DNA from: Candidatus Eiseniibacteriota bacterium
GTDB lineage: Bacteria; Eisenbacteria; RBG-16-71-46; CAVPCR01
Assembly (NCBI GenBank): GCA_963702435.1
Contig: CAVPCR010000006.1
Location: 127,135 to 191,134 of the forward strand
Length of the DNA stretch: 64,000 nucleotides
Direction of reading: 5' to 3'
Position 1 is the first letter of the stretch. Every line of letters begins with the position of its first letter. The position numbers were made by a program, and so were the translations under genes. The notes under the pieces are model-generated. The model ran no database searches and was not told the DNA's origin. It saw only the letters and a program-made list of their open reading frames with translations. This document shows positions 37,672 to 45,212 of this stretch, piece after piece.

Positions 37672-38571
37672 CTAGACCTTCTCGACCTCCGTGCGTCCGA
37701 GGAGCCCCCCGGGTTTGAACAGCAGGATGAGGATCAGGATGGCGAAGGCGATCGCGTCGCGGTAGGTAGGCGCCAGGTAGCCAACCACCATGGTCTCGGC
37801 GATGCCCATGACGAGGCCGCCGACCATCGCCCCCGGGATGTTGCCGATGCCGCCGAGCACGGCGGCGACGAAGGCCTTGAGCCCGGGGATGAGCCCCATG
37901 AGCGGATCGACCCGCGGGAGATAGAGTCCGACGAGGACGCCGGCGGCGGCCGCCAGCGCGCAGCCGATCGCGAAGGTGAAGGTGATGATGCGGTCGGTCG
38001 GGATGCCCATGAGCCGCGCGGCGTCGGCCGAGAAGGAGACCGCCCGCATCGCCTTGCCCACGCGCGTGCGCTGGACGATGAGCTGGAGGAGCGCCATCAG
38101 GGCCACGGCCACCGCGAGCACGAGGAACTGATGGCTGCCGAACGTGATCGATCCGACCGTCAACTGCCGGCTGGGCAGGATCTCCGGGAAGGCGTGCGGG
38201 CGGGCTCCGAAGATCACGATGCCCACGTTCTCGAGGAGGAGCGAGACGCCGATCGCCGTGATCAGGGCGATGAGGCGCGGCTGCCGCCGCACCGGGCGAT
38301 AGGCGGCGCGCTCGATCACGATGCCGAGGACCGCGCAGGCGCCCATGGCGATGACGAGAACGAGGAGGGCCTTGCCGATCGCGGGCTCGGTGTCGGCGCC
38401 GATGGCCTGGGCGGCGAAGAGGGCGACGTAGGCGCCGACCATGAAGACGTCGCCGTGCGCGAAGTTGATGAGCCGGAGGATCCCGTAGACCATCGTGTAG
38501 CCGAGGGCGATCAGAGCGTAGATCGACCCCCAGGCGATGCCGTTGACGAGCTGCTGGAGGAACTCCCCCAC
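37672..38571 (-). CDS. livH: Branched-chain amino acid ABC transporter permease LivH
   Basis: The GTG at 38571 gives MGEFLQQLVNGIAWGSIYALIALGYTMVYG...INFAHGD... The stop abuts the livM ATG. Confidence 0.9.
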   Translation of the reverse strand: MGEFLQQLVNGIAWGSIYALIALGYTMVYGILRLINFAHGDVFMVGAYVALFAAQAIGADTEPAIGKALLVLVIAMGACAVLGIVIERAAYRPVRRQPRLIALITAIGVSLLLENVGIVIFGARPHAFPEILPSRQLTVGSITFGSHQFLVLAVAVALMALLQLIVQRTRVGKAMRAVSFSADAARLMGIPTDRIITFTFAIGCALAAAAGVLVGLYLPRVDPLMGLIPGLKAFVAAVLGGIGNIPGAMVGGLVMGIAETMVVGYLAPTYRDAIAFAILILILLFKPGGLLGRTEVEKV

Positions 38572-38626
38572 CTGGCCGGCCGTCCCTGGTCCGCGAGCCG
38601 CTACGGCTCGATCGTGGTCACGTACT

Positions 38627-39832
38627 TTACCCGGTCGGCTCGACGGCCAGGACGACCGCCGACTTGACCGCGTTCCTCTGCGCATCGATCGAGATCGTGC
38701 CCGTGACGCCGGGGAAGTCGCGCACCCGCGCGATCTGGTCGCGGAGCTTGGCGCGGGCCGCCGCGCGCTCCTCGCGCGCCTTCGCGCCGGCCGGCGCCGG
38801 CCCGGCCAGGAGCTCGATGGCCGCGGGATCGGCGGCCGCGAGCGCGCGGAGCGCGGTCGCCAGCACCTGCGCCGCATCGTAGCCGAGCGCGCCGAGCCCA
38901 TCCGGCTTGTGCCCGTAGCGTGCCGCGTAGGCGGTCACGAAGCTCTGCACGCGCGGGCTCTGGTCGTCGGCCGAGTAGTGGTTCGAGAAGAAGCTGTTGA
39001 CGACCGCCTCGCCACCGAGCTTGAAGAGCTCGGGGGAGTCCCAGCCGTCCCCGCCGAGGAGCGGGGCCGTGATCCCGAGCTCGCGCGCCTGGCGCGCGAT
39101 GAGGCCGACATCGTTGTAGTAGCCGGGCACGAAGATGGCCTCGGGGTTCCGTGCCTTGAGATCGGTGAGCTGCGGCCGGAAATCGCTGTCGCCCTGGCTG
39201 TAGGACTGGTCGCCGACGATCTGGCCGCCGAGGGCGGTGAACGTCTCGTTGAAGTAGTCGGCGAGCCCGATCGAGTAGTCCGAGCGGACGTCCCGGAGGA
39301 TGGCCGCCCGGCGCACGTTCTTGTGCTCGTAGGCGAAGCGCGCCATCACCGTCCCCTGGAAGGGGTCGATGAAGCAGACGCGGAAGATGTAGTCTCCGGT
39401 CGCCGTCACCTTGGGGTTGGTGGACGAGGGGGTGATCATCGGCACGCCGGCCTCCTGGCAGATGGGAGCGGCGGCGAGCGAGTTCGAGCTCGGGATCTCG
39501 CCGAGGACGGCGATGACCCCGTCCTGGCTGATGAGCTTGCGGACGACGGTGGCCGCCTCCTCGGGGCGGCTCTGGTCATCCTCGACGGTCACCTTGATCT
39601 TCCTGCCGGCGACGCCGCCGGCCGCGTTGATCTCGTCCACGGCGAGGAGGATCGCGTTCTTCGTGGACTGGCCGAAGGTGGCGGTGCTCCCGGTGAGTCC
39701 CATGTACCCGCCGACCAGGATGTCGGTCCGGCCCCCGCCCCCACCGCATCCGGCCAGGATGCCGAGGGACGCGCAGAGCGCAAGGGCGAGGGGAGCGACA
39801 GGGCGGGGGACGCGGCGGGGCAGAGGCGACAT
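38627..39832 (-). CDS. Branched-chain amino acid ABC transporter substrate-binding lipoprotein (LivJ/K-like)
   Basis: Lipobox LGILAGC. ILVGGYMGLTGSTATFG...AILLAVDEINAAGGV.G.KI...DDQS.PEEA...PMITPSSTNP... Confidence 0.9.
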   Translation of the reverse strand: MSPLPRRVPRPVAPLALALCASLGILAGCGGGGGRTDILVGGYMGLTGSTATFGQSTKNAILLAVDEINAAGGVAGRKIKVTVEDDQSRPEEAATVVRKLISQDGVIAVLGEIPSSNSLAAAPICQEAGVPMITPSSTNPKVTATGDYIFRVCFIDPFQGTVMARFAYEHKNVRRAAILRDVRSDYSIGLADYFNETFTALGGQIVGDQSYSQGDSDFRPQLTDLKARNPEAIFVPGYYNDVGLIARQARELGITAPLLGGDGWDSPELFKLGGEAVVNSFFSNHYSADDQSPRVQSFVTAYAARYGHKPDGLGALGYDAAQVLATALRALAAADPAAIELLAGPAPAGAKAREERAAARAKLRDQIARVRDFPGVTGTISIDAQRNAVKSAVVLAVEPTG

Positions 39833-39949
39833 CGTCTCTCCTCCGGAAGGTCAGCGTATCGCGCACATCCTTCAATGCATGTGAAAAGCGGCTGCAATCT
39901 AGCACGGGGCTTCGGCGAGGGTCAACCGGCGGCGGCACGATGCGCCCCG

Positions 39950-42430
39950 GTGGCGCCGGTGTACGCGCGCACGGCCGTCCGCTGCGCCCTGCTCTGCGCG
40001 CTCGCCGCGTTCTCGACGCTCCTCGCCTGCGCCAAGCGCCCCACGACCCCGACCGCGATCGCCATCGAGGAGGCGTCGGCGCGCGCTTACCGCTCGCTCG
40101 TCGAGTCGGTCGGCATCGACTCGAGTCCCGTCCGCGACAAGACGATCGTCCTTGATCCGGGGCATGGCGGCGGCTATCGCGGCGCCGTCGGCCGCCGCGG
40201 GACAGCCGAGGCCGACGTGAATCTCGCGGTCGCGCTCTTCCTGTGGGGACTCCTCGACGATGCCGGAGCGCGCGTCACCCTCACGCGAAGCGCCGATCGC
40301 GATTTCGTGGGCGGGGCCCTGGCCCCCCCGGCGATCGTTCCCCTGGCCACCGAGGGCGCAGTGGAGACCAACGCCGCACCGCCGCCTCCCGCCCATCCGG
40401 ATTCGCTCCCCGCCGACCTCGCGGCGCGCGTCGCCCGCGCCAATCATCTCGACGCCGATCTCTTCCTCTCCATCCATCACAATGCCGACGCCTCCGGCGA
40501 CACGACCCGGAACCAGACCCAGACCTTCTACCGGCTTGGCGATCCCGGCCCGTCCCTCGACGCCGCCCAGGCCATCCACCGCCACCTCGTGCGCAATCTC
40601 ACCCCGGCCGGCGGGCAAGTCCTGCCGGGGAACTACCACGTGCTCCGGAACTCGAACGCAGCGGCGGCGGTCCTCGGCGAGGCATCGTTCCTGACCAACC
40701 CGGGGTTCGAGGAGAAGCTCCTGCGCATTGACCGGGTCGAGCTCGAGGCCACGGCCTATTTCCTCGGGATCGTCGACCACTTCGCCCGCGGGGTGGCCTT
40801 CGCGCACGCCGTCGCCCCGCGCGACACGACGCTCGATCGGGAGACGGTCGACCTCCGCGCCCGCTTCGCCGGGGATCGGATCGATCCGGCGACGGTCGAG
40901 ATCGCGCTCGACGGCACGCCGCTGCCCGTGCGGCTGGCGGGGGGAACGGAGGGAGCGGCCGCGGCGGCCGAGTTCGCGGCGGCAGCCCCCGCCCCGCTCG
41001 CGAACGGCTGGCACGAGGTGCTCGTCAGCGGGCGCACGCTCGGCGGCAACGCAGCCGCTCCCGCCCGCGCCCGGTTCGAGATTCGGCGCCCGCCCGCGGA
41101 AATTCGCGCCGAGCCGTGGCCGCCGTGGAACGGCACCGAGACGCGGGGCCCGCTCGGGCTCGAGGTCGTGGTCCGCGATCGCTTCGGCACGGCGGTCGCC
41201 GACTCGACCGCAGTCGAGCTGACGAGTCCGGTCGCCGCCCGCGCGCTCACGCGCGGCGGCCGCGCCTGGTTCCGGCTCGCCTCCCCGCCCGCGCCGGATG
41301 CGCGCTGGACGGTGGCCGCCGGGGCCGCCGCCGTCTCGGTGGCAGTCGTGACCCCGGGCGCCCCGCCGCATCGATCGGGGACCGTCGTCGACCGCGCCAC
41401 CGGAAAGGGCGTACCCGGCGCCGAGATCCGCGCGGCCGAGACCGGCCGGTGGCTCGGCCGGGCCAACCCCGACGGGGAGTACGCCGTGCCGGTCTCGCTC
41501 CACACGCCCGCGCCCGGAGGACCCGCGTATCCCGATGGCTTCGTGGCGAGAGCGCCCGGCTATCTTCAGCGCCGGATCGAGGCGTCGCCCGTGACGAGCC
41601 GGGTCGCGATCGATCCCGTGCTCGGCGGCGTGCTCCACGGACGGCGGGTGGCGGTCGACGCGGCCGGAGGAGGCGCCGATCCGGTCTTCGTCTCACCGAC
41701 GGGAGTCCGCGCGTCGGATACGGCACTCGACGTGGCGCGGCGATTCGCCCTGGATCTGGCCCGCGCCGGGGGATCGGCCGAGCTCGTGCGGGACGAGGAT
41801 CTCACCCTCCCCGACCTCGGACGCGTGGAGATCGCCGAGCAGAGCGCGGCGGCTCGCTATGTCCGCATCGGTGCCGACCGCGTCCCCCGCATCCGCCACT
41901 ACCCGGGAAGCCGGCGCGGCGAGGCGCTGGCCCGCGCCATCGCGCGCGAGATCAAGGAGGAGACCGGGCTCGCGCTCGACATCCGCGCCGAGGTGACGCC
42001 CGTGCTGCTCGCCACCAGCATGCCGGCCGTCGAGATTCTCCTCCCGGCGCCGATCGATCCAGCCGGAGAAAACGAGCACCTCGACCCGGACTTCCGGCGC
42101 CGCGTGGCGCGGGCCCTCCTCCTGGGCATGGCGATCGAGGCAGGTCTCGATCCATCGCGCCTGGCGGTCGTTCGCTTGAAGACGCCGGACCCCCACGTGC
42201 TCCTCGACGGGGCGATCGTCCTTCCCGCCCGCGGCGGCGAGGCCCTCGTCCGCGGGATCGAGCCGGGGCCGGCCGGCCACGAGGCGGCATCGCTCGGAGC
42301 GGATGGGGCGGTGGGGCGCGGGATCGGCTTCACGGTCGAGGGGCCCGCGGGAAGCTCGCCGCCGGTCCTCACCGTCACCCTCGAGCCCGCCGGAACCCCC
42401 GGCGGGCGGCCCGCCGGCGCGCGCCCGTAA
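39950..42430 (+). CDS. Lipoprotein with an N-terminal N-acetylmuramoyl-L-alanine amidase (Amidase_3) domain, a CarboxypepD_reg-like Ig domain and a second, divergent Amidase_3-like domain
   Basis: Lipobox STLLAC. IVLDPGHGGGYRGAVG...ADLFLSIHHNA...VLGEASFLTNP. GTVVDRATGKGVPGAEIRAAETGRWLGRANPDGEY. The second domain is VAVDAAGGG...YVRIG...VEILLPAPIDP. The start (GTG 39950 or 39959) is uncertain. Confidence 0.75.
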   Translation: MAPVYARTAVRCALLCALAAFSTLLACAKRPTTPTAIAIEEASARAYRSLVESVGIDSSPVRDKTIVLDPGHGGGYRGAVGRRGTAEADVNLAVALFLWGLLDDAGARVTLTRSADRDFVGGALAPPAIVPLATEGAVETNAAPPPPAHPDSLPADLAARVARANHLDADLFLSIHHNADASGDTTRNQTQTFYRLGDPGPSLDAAQAIHRHLVRNLTPAGGQVLPGNYHVLRNSNAAAAVLGEASFLTNPGFEEKLLRIDRVELEATAYFLGIVDHFARGVAFAHAVAPRDTTLDRETVDLRARFAGDRIDPATVEIALDGTPLPVRLAGGTEGAAAAAEFAAAAPAPLANGWHEVLVSGRTLGGNAAAPARARFEIRRPPAEIRAEPWPPWNGTETRGPLGLEVVVRDRFGTAVADSTAVELTSPVAARALTRGGRAWFRLASPPAPDARWTVAAGAAAVSVAVVTPGAPPHRSGTVVDRATGKGVPGAEIRAAETGRWLGRANPDGEYAVPVSLHTPAPGGPAYPDGFVARAPGYLQRRIEASPVTSRVAIDPVLGGVLHGRRVAVDAAGGGADPVFVSPTGVRASDTALDVARRFALDLARAGGSAELVRDEDLTLPDLGRVEIAEQSAAARYVRIGADRVPRIRHYPGSRRGEALARAIAREIKEETGLALDIRAEVTPVLLATSMPAVEILLPAPIDPAGENEHLDPDFRRRVARALLLGMAIEAGLDPSRLAVVRLKTPDPHVLLDGAIVLPARGGEALVRGIEPGPAGHEAASLGADGAVGRGIGFTVEGPAGSSPPVLTVTLEPAGTPGGRPAGARP

Positions 42431-42470
42431 GCGCCCGTTCCGGCCCGCCCGCTCCCGGCCGGGAACTTGC

Positions 42471-42499
42471 TTCACCCACCGCGGCTCTTCTTTTACAAT
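42471..42499 (+). promoter_or_regulatory. Possible sigma70-type promoter TTCACC-N17-TACAAT upstream of the rhodanese operon
   Basis: Locally AT-rich (cttcttttacaatgttttacc), ~140 nt before the ATG at 42641. The leader contains 7-bp hairpins at ~42545-42563 and ~42569-42585. Confidence 0.3.
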
Positions 42500-42640
42500 G
42501 TTTTACCGGCGACCCGATCTCCCCCCGCGTATCGTGGATCCGGGTAGCCCGAGCTCGTCGGGCTCGATGCCCGGCGCGGCGCCGGGTTCCCCCGGTCGCC
42601 GCCCCCCGGATCGCGCGAACAAAGAGGCACTTGGAGCAGC

Positions 42641-43270
42641 ATGTCGAACCGAACGGCCCAACGTCCGTCCGATCGCGCGACCCCACGGCGGCGCTCGGTC
42701 CGCGAGGCGCTCTTCATCGCTCTTCTCGGCACCGGGCTCGCCCTGGTCGCCAACGCCCTCTCCCCGCGCGGCATCCCGCTCGTCGGGGACTTCTCGCGGG
42801 GCGCGGCGCTCGCCAACCGGAGCACCGAGGAACTGGCGACGCTGCCGGCGGAGATCGATCTCGCTCACGTCAAGGACATCGTGGCCGCCAGCGCGCGCCG
42901 GGAGGCGCCCGCCGCCCCCGACAGCGCGCCGACGAGTCCCGCCCGCGCCGACACCTCGCTCGCCGCGGCGCTGGCCGCGGGCGCGGTGCTCCTCGACGCC
43001 CGGACCGCCGATGTCTACGCCGCGGGGCACATCCCCGGCGCGCTCAACCTGCCCACGGCCGAGTTCGATCGGGCCTATCCCGGGCTCAAGGCCCGGATCG
43101 CCGCGGCCTCGCTCCTCGTCGTCTATTGCGACGGCGGCGACTGCGAGCTATCGCACGATCTGGCGGGCATGCTCAAGGACCTGGGGCACGGCCCCATCCA
43201 GCTCTTCCCCGGCGGCTTCGATGCGTGGATGGAGGCCGGGTACGACATGCACGAGGGCACGGAACCATGA
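42641..43270 (+). CDS. Membrane-anchored rhodanese-domain protein
   Basis: SD GGAG before the ATG. One TM (LFIALLGTGLALVANAL). Rhodanese core LLDARTADVYAAGHIPGALNLP...LLVVYCDGGDCELSHDLA. Confidence 0.8.
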   Translation: MSNRTAQRPSDRATPRRRSVREALFIALLGTGLALVANALSPRGIPLVGDFSRGAALANRSTEELATLPAEIDLAHVKDIVAASARREAPAAPDSAPTSPARADTSLAAALAAGAVLLDARTADVYAAGHIPGALNLPTAEFDRAYPGLKARIAAASLLVVYCDGGDCELSHDLAGMLKDLGHGPIQLFPGGFDAWMEAGYDMHEGTEP

Positions 43271-43737
43271 GCGTGCGCCGGATTCTCTATCACCTCGTGC
43301 GCTTCGCGGTGGGCGCGGTGTTTCTCTACGCCAGCGTGCACAAGGTGATCGCCCCGGCGGAGTTCTCCCGCACCGTGTACCACTACCAGCTCCTGCCCGC
43401 GGCGGCCGTCAACCTGGTCGCGATCGTGCTGCCGTGGATCGAGGGGCTGGTCGGCCTCTGCCTCGTCCTCGGCGTCAAGATGCGCGGGGCCGCCGCCATC
43501 GCCGCGGTCTCGCTCCTCGTCTTCCTCGTCGCCATGGGCACGGCGCTCGCTCGCGGCCTCAACATCGACTGCGGCTGCTTCGCGGCGTCGGGCACCAGGC
43601 TCGGCTTCGATCGCATCATCGGCGACCTCGTCCTCCTGGCCGCGGCCGCCTTCCTCTACCAGGAGTCGGCGCGCGGATCCGTATCCATCCCCGCGCTCCG
43701 CGGCCTTCAACCCTCGAGCGTCAAGGAGTCGTCATGA
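43267..43737 (+). CDS. MauE/DoxX-family integral membrane protein (DCGCF motif)
   Basis: The ATG overlaps the rhodanese stop (ATGA). There are four hydrophobic helices, with ...ARGLNIDCGCFAASG... typical of MauE-like proteins. Confidence 0.75.
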   Translation: MSVRRILYHLVRFAVGAVFLYASVHKVIAPAEFSRTVYHYQLLPAAAVNLVAIVLPWIEGLVGLCLVLGVKMRGAAAIAAVSLLVFLVAMGTALARGLNIDCGCFAASGTRLGFDRIIGDLVLLAAAAFLYQESARGSVSIPALRGLQPSSVKESS

Positions 43738-45095
43738 CCCGTCGTCTCGCCTTCCTCGCGGTCCTCGTCTCAGCCATCCTGGCCAGCTTCCTCGCGGCGG
43801 GACCGCCGGCGCGGAGCGCGGCGGACCCGGAGATCTTCGTCCTCGCCACGGCCTCGAACCGCGGCGAGGTCGATCCCTGCGGCTGAAAGTCGGCCCGCAA
43901 GGGAGGGCTGGCCCGGAGGGCTGCCCTGATCGACTCGCTGCGTGGACTCCACGCGAACATGCTCGTCGTCGACGCCGGTGGGATGACCCATCCCAACAAG
44001 CAGCAGAATCCGCGCTACAACGACTTCGTGGTCGAGGCCATGAACGCGATGCGCTACGACGCGGTCACCATGGGCCACCTCGAGCTGGACCGCGGGATCG
44101 ACTTCGTGCGCGAGTACGTGCCGAAGTTCCAGTGCCCGGTCGTGGTCTCGAACGTGCGCGTGACGAGCGGCAACGCGCCGTGGAAGGAGAGCGCGGTCAT
44201 CCAGGTCGGCGGGCGCCGGGTGGGCATCCTCGGGCTCGTGAGCGGCGACTACGGGCAGGGCCCCGATGCGCTCTTCCAGGCCGGCTTCACCTTCGAGGAG
44301 CCGCTGGCGGCGGCCCAGCGCCTCCTGCCCGAGCTCGAGAAGCAGTGCGACGTGGTGGTCGCCCTCGCCCACCTCGAGACCAAGGAACTCGACCGCGTCG
44401 TGCGCCATGGGCGCGGGATCGACCTCGTGGTCGCCGGGTACAACCCGAGCCCGGTCAACGCGCAGCCCGACAGTGCGGCGACCACTCTCCTCCGCCCCGG
44501 GCAGCGCGGGGAGCACGTGGGTATCGCGAGCGTGACGCCGGGAAGCCAGGGGGCCGCCGCCACGGTCTCCGGTGTCGAGACCGTGATGCTCGAGATGGCC
44601 AAGTTCCCTGATGACGAGCCGCTCGCCGCGCGCCTCGCCGTGGTCAAGAAGGAGATCGAGTCGGAGACCCGCAAGGCGCAGCTCGAGCAGGAGCTCAAGG
44701 CCCAGGAGGGGCTGATCCTCGGCCAGGACCGCTACCTGGGGGGCGAGGCCTGCGCGCGCTGCCACGCGGGAGAGACCGGGTGGTGGAACGGCGATCCGCA
44801 TGCGCGCGCCTTCGCCACGCTCGAGGCCAAGGGGAAGCAGGCGGATGCTGCCTGCCTCAAGTGTCACGTCACCGGCGACGGCATGCCGGGCGGCTTCGGC
44901 GGCATCGGGACGACGGCCAACATGAAGAACGTGCAGTGCGAGTCCTGCCACGGCATGGGCACCCAGCACGACTGGACCGGGGCGACAGCTGTCCGGCCGG
45001 GCGAGACCAACTGCCGTACGTGCCACACCGCCGAGTGGAGCCCCGATTTCGACTACGGGACCTATCTCGGCCGTCTCGGGCACGGCAAGAAGTAA
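43734..45095 (+). CDS. Candidate selenoprotein: signal peptide + degenerate 5'-nucleotidase/metallophosphoesterase-like domain with PCG-U(TGA 43884-43886) + C-terminal tetrahaem cytochrome c
   Basis: The ATG overlaps the MauE stop (ATGA). The frame is open across a single TGA to 45095. Signal peptide MTRRLAFLAVLVSAILASFLAAGPPARSAA. Four CxxCH sites (CARCH, CLKCH, CESCH, CRTCH). 5'-NT-like blocks GGLARRAALIDSLR, VVDAGGM, MGHLELD and ALAHLE. Confidence 0.6.
43904..43927 (+). promoter_or_regulatory. SECIS-like hairpin downstream of the in-frame UGA
   Basis: AGGGC-U-GGCCC GGA GGGCU GCCCU forms 5 + 5 bp with a bulged U and a G-containing 3-nt apical loop. The stem starts 18 nt after the UGA. Confidence 0.4.
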
Positions 45096-45140
45096 CGGTC
45101 AGGCGCTGAAATCCGCGGCGCGCGCACCGCTGCGGGCGCA

Positions 45141-45200
45141 GCGCCGGGGGGCGCAGCGGAGCGCCGGGGGGCGCAGCGGAGCGCCGGGGGGCGCAGCGAC
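45141..45200. repeat. Three tandem 20-nt units GCGCCGGGGGGCGCAGCGGA, each able to form a GCGCC/GGCGC hairpin, between convergent genes
   Basis: Exact copies at 45141, 45161 and 45181 (the last ends ..GAC). They lie between the cytochrome stop (45095) and the stop of the minus-strand gene (45213). Confidence 0.85.
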
Positions 45201-45212
45201 GCCCCGGGCAGG

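Noticed and set aside
38537-39949. 5' 470 codons of the 1297-aa plus-strand ORF (would extend the amidase gene over the livJ-like gene)
   Set aside because: This part is antisense to the substrate-binding protein gene and looks like shadow sequence. A lipoprotein signal peptide with a lipobox appears only after the GTG at 39950.
43959-45095. Treating the cytochrome as an independent gene starting at Met 43959, with a separate 50-aa upstream peptide
   Set aside because: That product would have four haem c attachment sites but no export signal and no visible RBS. The upstream 50-aa product would be little more than a signal peptide. The same-frame continuity across one TGA fits read-through better. 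It is kept as the formal alternative in the finding.
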